Shown: positions 36,635 to 47,691, counted from the first letter of the stretch. The stretch is 51,027 bases of DNA from an uncultured Verrucomicrobiota bacterium (GCA_964371005.1 CAYJNU010000002.1:7641-58667); one strand, 5' to 3'. Notes: generated by a model from the sequence alone, not told the origin. Numbers and translations are program-made.

Positions 36635-37258
36635 ATGCCTGAAACGTCTTCCAGAAACTTATTGGTGGTGATCTCCGCGCCGTCGGGCGGAGGCAAGACC
36701 ACGCTTTGCCAACAGTTGCTCGCCGCCCGGCCGGACATGACCCGGGCCATCACCTGCACCACGCGCGAGCCACGCTCAGGGGAGCAGGACGGCACGGATT
36801 ACCATTTCCTGGAAGCGGCGGATTTTCTCAAGCGCGTGCAGGCCGGCAACTTCCTGGAACACGCGACCGTTTATGGGCACAGCTACGGCACGTTGAAATC
36901 CGAGGTGCTGACCCGGCTGCGCGCCGGTCAGGACGTGCTCCTCAATGTGGATGTGCAGGGCGCGGCCACGATCCGCGCCCGGGCGAAGGAGGACCCGGAA
37001 TTGCAGCCCGCGCTGGTGAGCGTGTTCCTCACGCCGCCCTCGATGGCGGTACTGGAGGGACGTTTGCGCAAACGCGATACTGATGCGGAGGCGGTCATTC
37101 AGAAACGACTCAGCGTTGCGCGGCAGGAGATTGCCCAGTGGAAACACTACGATTATCTGCTGATCAGCAGCACGATCCCGGAGGATCTCCGGCGGATGCA
37201 GGCGATCGTGGAGGCGGAAAAGATGCGCTGTGGACGGACCCAAGCGCCGGAGTTTTGA
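36635..37258 (+). CDS. gmk: Guanylate kinase
   Basis: Start at ATG 36635. P-loop ISAPSGGGKTT, TTREPRSGEQDGTDYHF and ATVYGHSYGT. 207 aa. Confidence 0.93.
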   Translation: MPETSSRNLLVVISAPSGGGKTTLCQQLLAARPDMTRAITCTTREPRSGEQDGTDYHFLEAADFLKRVQAGNFLEHATVYGHSYGTLKSEVLTRLRAGQDVLLNVDVQGAATIRARAKEDPELQPALVSVFLTPPSMAVLEGRLRKRDTDAEAVIQKRLSVARQEIAQWKHYDYLLISSTIPEDLRRMQAIVEAEKMRCGRTQAPEF

Positions 37259-37271
37259 GTGGGAAGGAATG

Positions 37272-37306
37272 CGGAATACGTAGATCGTAACGCGTGATGC
37301 GTTCGT
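37272..37306 (+). repeat. Five tandem CG-phased heptamers in the gmk-coaC intergenic region
   Basis: CGGAATA CGTAGAT CGTAACG CGTGATG CGTTCGT. Units 3-4 are complementary to 37321-37342 (ACGCGTCAC...CGCGTTACG). Confidence 0.8.
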
Positions 37307-37357
37307 GGACCAGGAATCACGCGTCACGAATTGCGCGTTACGGCAACAACTCAGCGA

Positions 37358-37939
37358 ATGAGCACAGGCAAAAACATCGTGTTGGGTGTGACCGGCTCGA
37401 TCGCGGCGCACAAGGCCGCGGATCTCGCCAGTCTCCTGACCAAGCAGGGCTGCGTGGTACGCGTGGTGATGACCGCCGATGCGCAGCGATTCATCACCCC
37501 GCTGCCGTTCAAGACCCTTTCCCGCCATCCCGTGGTTGCCGATCTCTACGATGAGACCGAAGGCTGGCAACCCGCGCACATCCAACTCGCGGACGAGGCT
37601 GAGTTGTTGCTCATCGCGCCCGCCACGGCGAACTTCATCGCCAAGCTGGCTCTCGGCCTGGCCAATGACGCCCTCTCCTGCATCGCCCTCGCGCTGAATC
37701 CGCAGGCCCGAATCCTGATTGCCCCCGCCATGAACGGCAAGATGTGGTTGCATCCGGCCACCCAGCAAAACGTCGCCACCCTCAAAGAGCGGGGCGCCGA
37801 ATTCATCGGCCCGGACGAAGGGTTGTTGTCCTGCGGCTATGAGGGGATTGGCCGACTCTGGCCGGTAGAGGAGATTGTGGAGCGGGCGCTGGCCCTGGTA
37901 ACACCGCCAAGCCGGAGGCGTGGCGGACTCAAGCGATGA
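37358..37939 (+). CDS. coaC: Phosphopantothenoylcysteine decarboxylase-type flavoprotein (CoaC-only; no fused CoaB domain)
   Basis: Start at ATG 37358. Contains NIVLGVTGSIAAHKAADLASLL, LLIAPATANFIAKLALGLANDAL, and PAMNGKMWLHPATQQNVATLKERGAEFIGPDEGLLSCGYEGIGRL, the HFCD/CoaC signature. Only 193 aa, so the CoaB half is absent. Confidence 0.85.
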   Translation: MSTGKNIVLGVTGSIAAHKAADLASLLTKQGCVVRVVMTADAQRFITPLPFKTLSRHPVVADLYDETEGWQPAHIQLADEAELLLIAPATANFIAKLALGLANDALSCIALALNPQARILIAPAMNGKMWLHPATQQNVATLKERGAEFIGPDEGLLSCGYEGIGRLWPVEEIVERALALVTPPSRRRGGLKR

Positions 37940-39561
37940 ACTGGCGGCCTTGGGGAGGATTGTCAAAGCTGTCCAAGCTGCTGGCGGCACCGCGGGCTGT
38001 GTCGGGCCGACACTCCCAGCGCATCCTTAATCTCCAAAGAAACGTTGTTCTCCCCGCCAAGCTTCTCGTCTTGGGCGTCGCCTTCTACTACCTTTTCCTG
38101 TCTCGGCGCTGGGTAGAAGAGACGACCAACCCCTTCGGTGTCGTGCTGGAGACGATGCGGGTCTTCTTCTACATCTATCTGTTCCTGAACCTGCTGGTTA
38201 CGGTGTCGTTTTTTGTGGTGCGACGGTTTCCGGATGCGCTGGTGCAGTGGACGGTGTTCGCAGTCGGGTTGGCGGACGGTTTGTTTCTGGCGGGTCTGAC
38301 GCTGATGAGCGGGGGATTCGACAGCACGCTATATTGGGCGTTCCCCGGCCTGATCGTGCTCAACGCCCTCTGCATCCCGCTGGCCACGCCCCAACTCGCG
38401 CTCAACGTCACCTTGAGCATCTTCTATCTCGGAGCCGGGTTACTGGAAGCGGAATACCGCGTGCAGAAGCTCCCGCCCATCGCCAGGCGGCAACCCGTGA
38501 GTCCCGTCGTCGCGGACGAAATCAGCGACCCGCGCGCGGACGTTGCCAAGTTGCGCCGGCCGAACGACGAATTGTCGAACCTCCTGTGGAAGCGGTTGCC
38601 CAAAGCAACCCGCGAGACGCTGATCAAACAGTTGGAGGAAAACAACCCGGAGTTGGAGGCGACGTTGATCAAGGGGCTCAATCACCTGTTGGTGTCCTCG
38701 CATTGGGAGGAGGTGAGCCGGCCCGAATCCGTGGACGACCCCACCGAACCGTTTGTGCTGCGCCTCGCCATCCTCTGGCTGCTGGCCGCCTGCTGCTACG
38801 GCGCGCAGGTGTTGATCGCCCACCAGCAACTCGCCGAGGAAGAACAGAAGGAATTCGCCGCCCGCACCAACCAGTTGCACTCCGCGGGACGCCTCGCGGC
38901 CGAAGTCGCACATCAGATCAAGAATCCGCTCGCCATCATCAACAACACCGCCTTTTCCCTCGAACGGGCACTGCGCGTCGGCAAGGGGGGTGACCCGGCG
39001 CAACAAATCAAAATCATCCAGGAGGAAATCGAGAAAGCGGATCGCATCATCACCCAGGTCATGGGCTATGCCGAGTTGAGTGAAGGCCGGGTGGAGAAAC
39101 TCAACGTCATCGAGGAACTGAACCGCGCCATCGAGCGGGTTTTCCCCCCGGGCGTGGAGTATGACGCGACGATCCAGCGCGATTACGCCACGGAGTTCCC
39201 TCCCTTGCTCATGCAGCGCGGACACCTGGCGGAATCCTTTGCCAACCTGCTCCAGAACGCCCGCGACGTGCTCCAAGGCAAGGGCCACATCACGGTGGCC
39301 GCCCGCTGTCGGCCCGATGGCGCCGTCGAGGTGGTCATCGCGGATGACGGTCCCGGTATCCCGGCAGACAAACTGGAGCGCGTGTTTGAGGCCTATTACA
39401 CCACCCGCTCGAAAGGCACGGGGTTGGGCCTGGCGATCGTCAAACACAACGTCGAGCTGTACGGGGGCACGGTGCGCGCCGAATCAGAGCTTGGAAAGGG
39501 TGCCCGGTTCACTTTAGTATTCCCCGCCAGAGCGGTCATCAGACTATCGAGGCAGACTTGA
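37936..39561 (+). CDS. Sensor histidine kinase with ~6-TM N-terminal domain
   Basis: Its ATG overlaps the coaC stop (ATGA). Multiple TM helices in aa ~40-180. H-box EVAHQIKNPLAIINN, N-box LLQNARDV, G-boxes DDGPGIP and GTGLGLAIVK. Confidence 0.9.
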   Translation: MNWRPWGGLSKLSKLLAAPRAVSGRHSQRILNLQRNVVLPAKLLVLGVAFYYLFLSRRWVEETTNPFGVVLETMRVFFYIYLFLNLLVTVSFFVVRRFPDALVQWTVFAVGLADGLFLAGLTLMSGGFDSTLYWAFPGLIVLNALCIPLATPQLALNVTLSIFYLGAGLLEAEYRVQKLPPIARRQPVSPVVADEISDPRADVAKLRRPNDELSNLLWKRLPKATRETLIKQLEENNPELEATLIKGLNHLLVSSHWEEVSRPESVDDPTEPFVLRLAILWLLAACCYGAQVLIAHQQLAEEEQKEFAARTNQLHSAGRLAAEVAHQIKNPLAIINNTAFSLERALRVGKGGDPAQQIKIIQEEIEKADRIITQVMGYAELSEGRVEKLNVIEELNRAIERVFPPGVEYDATIQRDYATEFPPLLMQRGHLAESFANLLQNARDVLQGKGHITVAARCRPDGAVEVVIADDGPGIPADKLERVFEAYYTTRSKGTGLGLAIVKHNVELYGGTVRAESELGKGARFTLVFPARAVIRLSRQT

Positions 39562-39631
39562 AAACAAAGGTTCTGAACGTCCAGCGCGTTTTCCGGGGCG
39601 GACAAATCCCCCCGGCCTCTCCTTCCCCCGC

Positions 39632-41067
<1,436 letters not shown>

Positions 41068-41071
<4 letters not shown>

Positions 41072-41460
41072 ACACCCTTCCTGTTCTGCTCGCCTCGCTT
41101 GAAATCATCCCCGGCAGCGGCATTGAGCCGCAGTTCAAATTGACGGCTGGCATGCGCGAAGGCCTGACAATCGTGGCCGCCGTCCTTGTGCTCACGACAC
41201 TGATCCTCGCCTGGGCCCTCGTCCTCCGCAAACCACGCCGCCGCCATGGCTCGCATCGCAAGCCGGAAGAGCCGGCCACCCTCGTCCGCTACCGGCAGGC
41301 CCAAAATGAGGACCAAGGATTGCTTTCCATAATCAAACCCAAACTCCGCCGCCGCAAGCGCCGCTTTCATCACCGCAACCCGACGCTGGCCGACACCGGC
41401 GGGCTGCCCCCACCTCGCTCGGAAACGGCCCCGGGTCCGCGCCAGTCCACGCCGCTCTGA
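41068..41460 (+). CDS. Hypothetical small single-pass membrane protein with highly basic C-terminal tail
   Basis: Its ATG overlaps the regulator stop (ATGA). TM helix LTIVAAVLVLTTLILAWALVL is followed by RKPRRRHGSHRKP...RRRKRRFHHRNPTLADTGGLPPP. Codon bias resembles its neighbours. No family recognised. Confidence 0.55.
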
Positions 41461-41469
41461 CCCGCGCCC

Positions 41470-42339
41470 ATGCAGCAAAGCCGGGCGATCACCCGCAAAA
41501 GCGCCTCGAACCTCGCGCTCGCGTTCTGCCTCCTGCCCAAGACCAAGCGCGACGACATGTCCGCGCTCTATGCCTTCTGCCGCGAGGTGGACGACGTGGC
41601 GGATGAAGATGCCGTGCCCGTCGAACAACGCCGCGTCCGGCTCGCCGCGTGGCGCGCAGACATCCGCCGCGCCTGCGCCGGAGGCTCGCCGCAGTTCGCC
41701 GTCAACCGCGAACTCCAGCCGGCGATCGACTGGTATCACCTGCGTTTTGAATTGTTCGACGACTTGATCCGGGGCTGCGAGATGGACCTCGAAACCAAGC
41801 GCTACGACTCCTGGGAACAACTGGACCTCTACTGTCACCGGGTGGCGTCGGTTGTCGGCCTGCTCAGCATCGAGATCTTCGGCTATGCCAAGCCTGCTTC
41901 CCGGGATTACGCCGTGGCGCTCGGCAAGGCGCTCCAACTCACGAACATTCTGCGGGACGTGAAGACCGATGCCGCGCGCGGTCGCATCTACCTGCCGCTC
42001 TCGGAACTCAAGCAGGCCGGCGTGAGCGAGGACGAAATCCTCCGCGGCGAATACTCGGAGCGTTATCACGCGCTGGCCGCCAGCGTCGCCCGGCGCGCCA
42101 AGCACTTTTACCGCCTCGCCGGCGAAACCCTGCCGCCGGAGGACCGGCCCGCTATGGTGGCTGCCGAGTTGATGGGGGCGGTTTACTGGCGTTTGCTCTG
42201 CAAACTGGAGCGCTACAACTTCGACGTCTTCGGCCCCCGCCGGGTGCGCCTTGGCAAAGCTCACAAGGTCCTGCTGATCCTCCGGACGTGGTATCGCTTC
42301 GCCTCCGACGCGGAGACGTCCGACTACGGGCCCGACTGA
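41470..42339 (+). CDS. Squalene/phytoene synthase family protein (HpnD/HpnC/CrtB-like)
   Basis: Contains ALYAFCREVDDVADE (first Asp-rich motif), YCHRVASVVG, and QLTNILRDVKTDAARGRIYLP (second motif). 289 aa. Confidence 0.85.
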   Translation: MQQSRAITRKSASNLALAFCLLPKTKRDDMSALYAFCREVDDVADEDAVPVEQRRVRLAAWRADIRRACAGGSPQFAVNRELQPAIDWYHLRFELFDDLIRGCEMDLETKRYDSWEQLDLYCHRVASVVGLLSIEIFGYAKPASRDYAVALGKALQLTNILRDVKTDAARGRIYLPLSELKQAGVSEDEILRGEYSERYHALAASVARRAKHFYRLAGETLPPEDRPAMVAAELMGAVYWRLLCKLERYNFDVFGPRRVRLGKAHKVLLILRTWYRFASDAETSDYGPD

Positions 42340-43721
42340 GGTGCGCCGCCGCCTGCCTTCTTTGCCTGGGGAGATATCCACATCGGGTCGCAGTGCAGGC
42401 GCTCAATCACCCAGTTCCGCGCCGCCTTCTTGGTCCTCAACTCATCAGCGAGCTGCTTCTCCCGAAGCTCCGCCAGGAGCCTGCCCATCGCTGGCCCGGG
42501 CTTCAGGCCCAGCTTGATCAAGTCGTCGCCGGTCAACAGCGGCGGGCGGATTTGTGGTTGATGCTTCAGTTCCTCGGCTTGCGGGACCAGGAAGTCATAA
42601 ACGTCCAGCCGGCCGTGGGAGCCGAGGCAATCCAGCCGGTGCAGCGCCAGTTCCAACGGGAACGTGGGCCGCATTAACAACCGGCGGAGCGTGGCCTTGC
42701 GCATCTGCGGCGCGTCCTTGAACTGCATGTGGTGGCGGACTGCCGCTGCCACCGCCTCGATCTGCTTTCTTGGGAAGCGCAGGCGTTCCAGAATCTCCGT
42801 GGCCATCGTGGCACCGATTTTTTCGTGCTCGTAGAAATGGATCGAGCCGGTCACGGGATCATGGCTGGCTGTAAGCGGCTTGGCGATGTCGTGCATCAGC
42901 ACCGACCAAGGCAGCAGCGGATCGGCGTCCGGCGGTAGGTGGCGCAGCATCAGAACGAGGTGAGCGAACACCGAGCCCTCGGGGTGGTAATCCGGCGATT
43001 GCTCGCAGGCGAGAGTGGCGGCGACCTCGGGTAGGACGTGTTCGAGCAGGCGGCTCTCGCGCAGCAGTTCCAGCCCGTGGACGGCGCAGGGTGGGCGAAA
43101 GAGCTTCAGCAGTTCATCGCGAATCCGCTCGGCGCTGATGCCTTTGATCCTTGGGGCAAGGTCTTGAATGGCGGCGGCGGTTTTCGGCTCGATCTCGAAG
43201 CCGAGTTGCGCGGCGAAGCGCACGGCGCGCAGCAGGCGCAGATGATCCTCGGCGAAGCGTTCTTCCGGCGCGCCGATGGTTCGGATGATCCGCGCTTTCA
43301 AGTCCGACTCGCCGCCTACCCAGTCGTGTAGCTTGCCAGCGATGGGATCGTAGAAGAGGCCGTTGACGGTGAAATCACGGCGCGAGGCATCCGCCCGGGC
43401 CTCGCCGAAGGAAACCCGTTCCGGACGCCGGCCATCGCGGTAATCCCCCTCCGCGCGAAAGGTCGCAACCTGAAACTGGTGTTTGCCTTCCACCACCACC
43501 ATGACGCCGAACTTGCGTCCAACGGCGACCGTGCGCTTGAAGAGGGCCTCGACCTGCTCCGGCAAAGCGGACGTGGCGATGTCGTAATCGTCCGGCTCGC
43601 GGCCCAGCAGGAAATCGCGCACGCAACCGCCGACCCAGAAGGCTGAGAAACCGGCCTCGTACAAGCGGCGGACGATGCCGGTTGCCAGTTCACGAGTGGA
43701 GCTGTCTTTCTGATGGGCCAT
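42324..43721 (-). CDS. cca: CCA-adding tRNA nucleotidyltransferase (PolyA_pol head + HD domain)
   Basis: Contains FWVGGCVRDFLLGREPDDYDIATSA, RRDFTVNGLFYDP, and an HD region (HDIAKP). 465 aa. Its 3' end overlaps the convergent synthase gene by 16 nt. Confidence 0.9.
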   Translation of the reverse strand: MAHQKDSSTRELATGIVRRLYEAGFSAFWVGGCVRDFLLGREPDDYDIATSALPEQVEALFKRTVAVGRKFGVMVVVEGKHQFQVATFRAEGDYRDGRRPERVSFGEARADASRRDFTVNGLFYDPIAGKLHDWVGGESDLKARIIRTIGAPEERFAEDHLRLLRAVRFAAQLGFEIEPKTAAAIQDLAPRIKGISAERIRDELLKLFRPPCAVHGLELLRESRLLEHVLPEVAATLACEQSPDYHPEGSVFAHLVLMLRHLPPDADPLLPWSVLMHDIAKPLTASHDPVTGSIHFYEHEKIGATMATEILERLRFPRKQIEAVAAAVRHHMQFKDAPQMRKATLRRLLMRPTFPLELALHRLDCLGSHGRLDVYDFLVPQAEELKHQPQIRPPLLTGDDLIKLGLKPGPAMGRLLAELREKQLADELRTKKAARNWVIERLHCDPMWISPQAKKAGGGAPQSGP

Positions 43722-43725
43722 TACA

Positions 43726-43746
43726 ATTCACGATTCACGATCTGCG
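43726..43746 (-). repeat. Three tandem CG-phased heptamers immediately upstream of the cca start codon
   Basis: Plus strand reads ATTCACG ATTCACG ATCTGCG. On the coding strand this is CGCAGAT CGTGAAT CGTGAAT, then TGTA, then ATG (43721). Confidence 0.85.
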
Positions 43747-43845
43747 CGAAAAACGCCAGCCATCTCGTACGTCTCTCAGCACCATTCTTCGAGTGGATTC
43801 CCGACCTTCTGAGGCGAAGAAGGCGATGGAGGGGGCCTCGCGGTT

Positions 43846-45420
43846 TTACCGGTTCACCCCCACGCTGGCGGTGCGCGGCGCCGGCTTCGCAGTCAGCGCC
43901 GTCAGTTTGGTCTGCGTCGGGAGATAGAGCACACCGTCCGCGGCGGCGGGAGTGATGGGGACGGTCTGCAACCGCGTCTTGGATAGAACCTGGGCGGTCC
44001 TGCCCGTTTGGAACACCCAAAGCATCTTCTCCTCCGTGCCTACAAAGACCTTGTCATCCGCCACAAATGCCGAAGCCCCCCACGTCTTGGATTCCAGGGA
44101 ATGCATCCAATACTGCTCGCCCGTTCCCGCGTCGAAGCAATGCAGATTGCCGGTGCAATCCGGGATGTAGAGCAGCCCCTCGGCAATGGCCGGCGTGGCC
44201 AGCGAGCGCTCGAGCAACCTCGAATCCCAAACCTTGGTGCCGGTGGCGGCATCCACACACGAGAGGCAACCCTGGCCGTCGCCATGCAACGGGCTCTGGC
44301 CAATCGCCACATAGACCCGGCCCTCGTGAAAAACCGGCACGCCAATAATCTCGCTGGGGCCATCCGGCGTCTTTTGCCTGTCCGTGGAGTAGCGCAGCGG
44401 CTGACCGTCGCGCATCCGGTAGTCCGGCGGATTGCAGTCGTAAGCCCACACTTTCTTCAACGCTTGCACGTTGGCTTGGGAAGCCGCCGGCGGTTCGAAG
44501 GCGTAGAGGACCCCATCACCGCCGCCAAAGAAGATCAGGGTCGTGCCATTGACCCGCCCGGCGGAAGGCGACGACCAATGGCAATGCATGAGGCGCTGGC
44601 CGATCTTCTCATCGTCCTGCGCCACGAGCCGCCCCGTGCGCTTGTCGAGCACAATCAAACTCGGGGCCAGCGGGCGGGGAACCTTGGCGTGGCGATCATC
44701 GAGGCCGTTGGAAGTGCAGGCGTAGATGAAATCACCCTGAAGCAGCAACGTGCTCCCGCAGACATCGTGGGGCACCACATCGAGCTCGGTCAGCAGATTG
44801 AATCTCCAAAGTATATCCCCATCGGTCGGCCCGAGTTCGGTCCCCGGCCCGTTTGTGATGGCCATGAACGCGAGTTCATCCTCGAACGGTCCGCCGTTGC
44901 CGTTGGCCTGACCCTCCCGGTCCAGGCACAAAATGTCGCCGCGATTGCCGACGACATAAACCCGTTCGCCCTCCACCACCGGCCCTGAGCAGATGCCGCA
45001 GCCCCACTGATCAAAATGCAGCGGCGGCTTGACGCCTTCCATGTAGCGCGGGCTGAGCAGACTCCAAATCAACCTGCCCGTGCCCTGATCCACACACAGC
45101 AGCGCACCGCCCTTGGAGGGGCGGTAGCCGGGGCGCTCGATGCCGGTGTCGTTCGCGCCAACATAAATGCGCCCCCGATCAATCGTCGGGATGGAGTACT
45201 GATGCGTGCCCAGCTTGAGTTCCCACAAAGGCTTGACGCCGCCAGGATCGGCTGGCAAATCGCGGGAGCTGGACACCATGTTGGGGTCCGAGCCGCCGCC
45301 CCAGCGAATCGGCTCGCTCAAGCCCTCGCTCGCGCTGCTTAGCAGGGCGAGGGTGGTGATGACCAGGACGATGTGGCGAGAAGGTCGGTTGATCATGACT
45401 GCATCCAAGGCTTCAGGCAT
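43846..45420 (-). CDS. Secreted PQQ-like (BamB-like) beta-propeller repeat protein
   Basis: Start at ATG 45420 with AAGGA upstream (alternative ATG at 45396). Signal peptide INRPSRHIVLVITTLALLSSASE. Repeated motifs of the type GRIYVGAND, LLCVDQGTGRLIW, VYVVGNRGDILCLD, LHCFDAGTGEQYW and LYLPTQTKLTAL. Confidence 0.8.
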   Translation of the reverse strand: MPEALDAVMINRPSRHIVLVITTLALLSSASEGLSEPIRWGGGSDPNMVSSSRDLPADPGGVKPLWELKLGTHQYSIPTIDRGRIYVGANDTGIERPGYRPSKGGALLCVDQGTGRLIWSLLSPRYMEGVKPPLHFDQWGCGICSGPVVEGERVYVVGNRGDILCLDREGQANGNGGPFEDELAFMAITNGPGTELGPTDGDILWRFNLLTELDVVPHDVCGSTLLLQGDFIYACTSNGLDDRHAKVPRPLAPSLIVLDKRTGRLVAQDDEKIGQRLMHCHWSSPSAGRVNGTTLIFFGGGDGVLYAFEPPAASQANVQALKKVWAYDCNPPDYRMRDGQPLRYSTDRQKTPDGPSEIIGVPVFHEGRVYVAIGQSPLHGDGQGCLSCVDAATGTKVWDSRLLERSLATPAIAEGLLYIPDCTGNLHCFDAGTGEQYWMHSLESKTWGASAFVADDKVFVGTEEKMLWVFQTGRTAQVLSKTRLQTVPITPAAADGVLYLPTQTKLTALTAKPAPRTASVGVNR

Positions 45421-45493
45421 GGCGGCGTTTCCTTGTTTTCTTTGGCGAACGGTTGCCGGTCCTGCGCAATTCTTCGGAGGCCCGAAGGCCCGT

Positions 45494-46483
45494 TCAGGCA
45501 TACCACGCACGCTCGCGGTTCTGCGTGGCCTTGACGACGTTGTTCAGAATCTCGACGTTCTCCGCGATCTGGAAGTCGAACAAGCCCACCGCAGCGAAAT
45601 CCGCTCCGTTCTCAAACGCGTGCTTGAAACCGGCGCGCGGGTGAATGGCGCCCGCCGCCAGGACTTTGTAGGCAATCCACGGACGTTCCAGCTCGGACAT
45701 GTAGGCAATGGTGTCCTTTGGGTCGCGGCACCAATAATTGTCGATGCCGTAGTTATCAATAACCTCCTTCATTTGGTCGGGCCGGCGCGTGGACCAGTAG
45801 TTCGTGCCGTGGAGCGTCTTCATATAGAAGTCCGGCGCACATTTCGCCTTCTCCACTTCCTGCACTGTGCGCAGTTCGTGCCCTGCCACGCCGGCGATCA
45901 ACCCGTGGTTCTTGATGTTCGCGATCAGTTCCCCAATTCGCTGCACGTCACCCTCGCGCGTCCAGGCATCACTCAGGTTGCCGAGGAGGAACGCTCCAGC
46001 CGCCCCGACGTCTCGGGACTCTTTGACGCAAGTGACGAGGTCATCCTTGGTCGCGTTGAGTTGGGCGAGATACTGGATGCGCCCGCCTTGGGCACGATAC
46101 TTCTCGTAAAGCGCAACTGCGCGTTGGTCCGACGGAGACACGATCATGGTGTTGATCCCGTGCTGTTCACACAGGGCCCAGGTTTCCAGGATCTTCTCGT
46201 CGGTGAAGTAATGCTTGAGCAGCGGCGAGACGTACATCAAGTCCCGGCTATGCGCGTAGCCACTGATCAAATTGCCGCCGCAAATGAGTCGGCTGATCTT
46301 CACCTTGCCAATCGTGCCGGTGGGTACCGTGGCCTGAGCGACGGGCTTTTGGGCGGTGGGCAAGGCCCCATCCGCCTGCGCCGCGGCCAGAGTGTATTCC
46401 TCGACACTGGTGATCAGAGGCGCCGCCAGCGCCGCCGCCACGGATTTCTTCAAGAACTTCCTGCGACTTGGATTGGGTATCAT
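45494..46483 (-). CDS. Hypothetical Tat-signal protein
   Basis: Start at ATG 46483 gives MIPNPSRRKFLKKSVAAALAAPL, a Tat motif. 329 aa with coding-like composition. Same strand as the beta-propeller gene and 73 nt upstream of it. No family recognised by eye. Confidence 0.7.
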   Translation of the reverse strand: MIPNPSRRKFLKKSVAAALAAPLITSVEEYTLAAAQADGALPTAQKPVAQATVPTGTIGKVKISRLICGGNLISGYAHSRDLMYVSPLLKHYFTDEKILETWALCEQHGINTMIVSPSDQRAVALYEKYRAQGGRIQYLAQLNATKDDLVTCVKESRDVGAAGAFLLGNLSDAWTREGDVQRIGELIANIKNHGLIAGVAGHELRTVQEVEKAKCAPDFYMKTLHGTNYWSTRRPDQMKEVIDNYGIDNYWCRDPKDTIAYMSELERPWIAYKVLAAGAIHPRAGFKHAFENGADFAAVGLFDFQIAENVEILNNVVKATQNRERAWYA

Positions 46484-46995
46484 AGCTTGCTCGACTTGGT
46501 TTATCCGTTGCCAGGCCCGCAATGCCGACCCGACCGCCGGGAACGTTCATTGTGGGTGATCTGTGCGGGCGGGTGGCGTTGCGCGCCGGACACCTACCAC
46601 GCGACCGGTCCTGTGACCCCGCTGAAGCGCTTGATCGCGGAGGTGTCGAATGCGGCTTTTCATCGGCTCACGAGTTGTCTGCCCGAGTGTGACGCAAGCT
46701 GCTCACGGTTTCACGAGAAATCGCACGTTCAAATCGGCTTTGGTCATGGCCGATTCTGCCGGGGTTGATTCGGCAACGAGCCAGCCGTTCAAGCGTAACT
46801 CCCCAAGAGCGATGCCTGAGAACCGTCGGTCGGGGGTGTCCAGCATTCGACGGGTTGCCGCGCGAACCGCTTCAGCACAGTCGGGCCGATGCTCGAAACA
46901 GCCGCCCCTGGGTTGCCGGGGATTCAGGGCAAAGGCCCCTCAACGCCGACTTCATTTTCGTTTCGCTCCGCGCCCCGTTGTGTTAGAAGGCTGCC

Positions 46996-47691
46996 ATGGA
47001 CAGCGAGCCAACCTCGAACCTGTTTTACATTTGGGGCGTCGACAGCGCCGCCTATGGCCCAATTGAACTGCCCACGCTGGTCACCTGGATCAAGGACGAA
47101 AGGGTGCTGGCGGAGACATGGGTTTACGCCGGGCGCAACGCCACGTGGCAACGCGCGAGCGAACTCCCGGAACTTCGCATGTTCTTCGGTAAACGCCCCG
47201 AGGGGCCGGACTCGTCCGCCGCCCCCATCAAGGCCGGGGCGTTGCGGCGCGTCAAAATCCTCGCCAGCCTCAGCAACGACCAACTCACCAAGTTTGCGCG
47301 GTTCATGCAAATCTACGAGGCCAAGCAATGGAGCACCGTCGTCACCCAGGGCGAGCACGGCGACGCGATGTATCTCATCCTCGAAGGTGAATTGCGCGTG
47401 CGTTTGCTGATCAGCGGTCGGGAGACCATCCTGGCCACCCTCGGCGCCGGGGATTTCTTTGGGGAGATCTCCCTGTTCGATCACGGCCCGCGCTCGGCGG
47501 ACATCATTGCCAACAAGGACAGCTACCTCCTGAAGATCACCGCCGCGGGCTGCCAGGCCCTGACCAATGAAGCGCCGGATATCGCCACCGCCTTTTACTT
47601 CGGGGTGGGCAAAACGCTCGCCGCGCGCATCCGGGTGGATAACAAGCGCCTGAGTGACTCCGTGAACTTCGCCCACGCCGCCGGCATTTGA
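46996..47691 (+). CDS. GYF_2 (DUF4339) domain + cyclic nucleotide-binding domain protein
   Basis: N-terminus FYIWGVDSAAYGPIELPTLVTWIKDERVLAETWVYAGRNATWQRASELPELRMFF is a GYF_2-like pattern. The cNMP-binding core is GEHGDAMYLILEGELRV...GAGDFFGEISLFDHGPRSADIIA. Confidence 0.85.
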   Translation: MDSEPTSNLFYIWGVDSAAYGPIELPTLVTWIKDERVLAETWVYAGRNATWQRASELPELRMFFGKRPEGPDSSAAPIKAGALRRVKILASLSNDQLTKFARFMQIYEAKQWSTVVTQGEHGDAMYLILEGELRVRLLISGRETILATLGAGDFFGEISLFDHGPRSADIIANKDSYLLKITAAGCQALTNEAPDIATAFYFGVGKTLAARIRVDNKRLSDSVNFAHAAGI

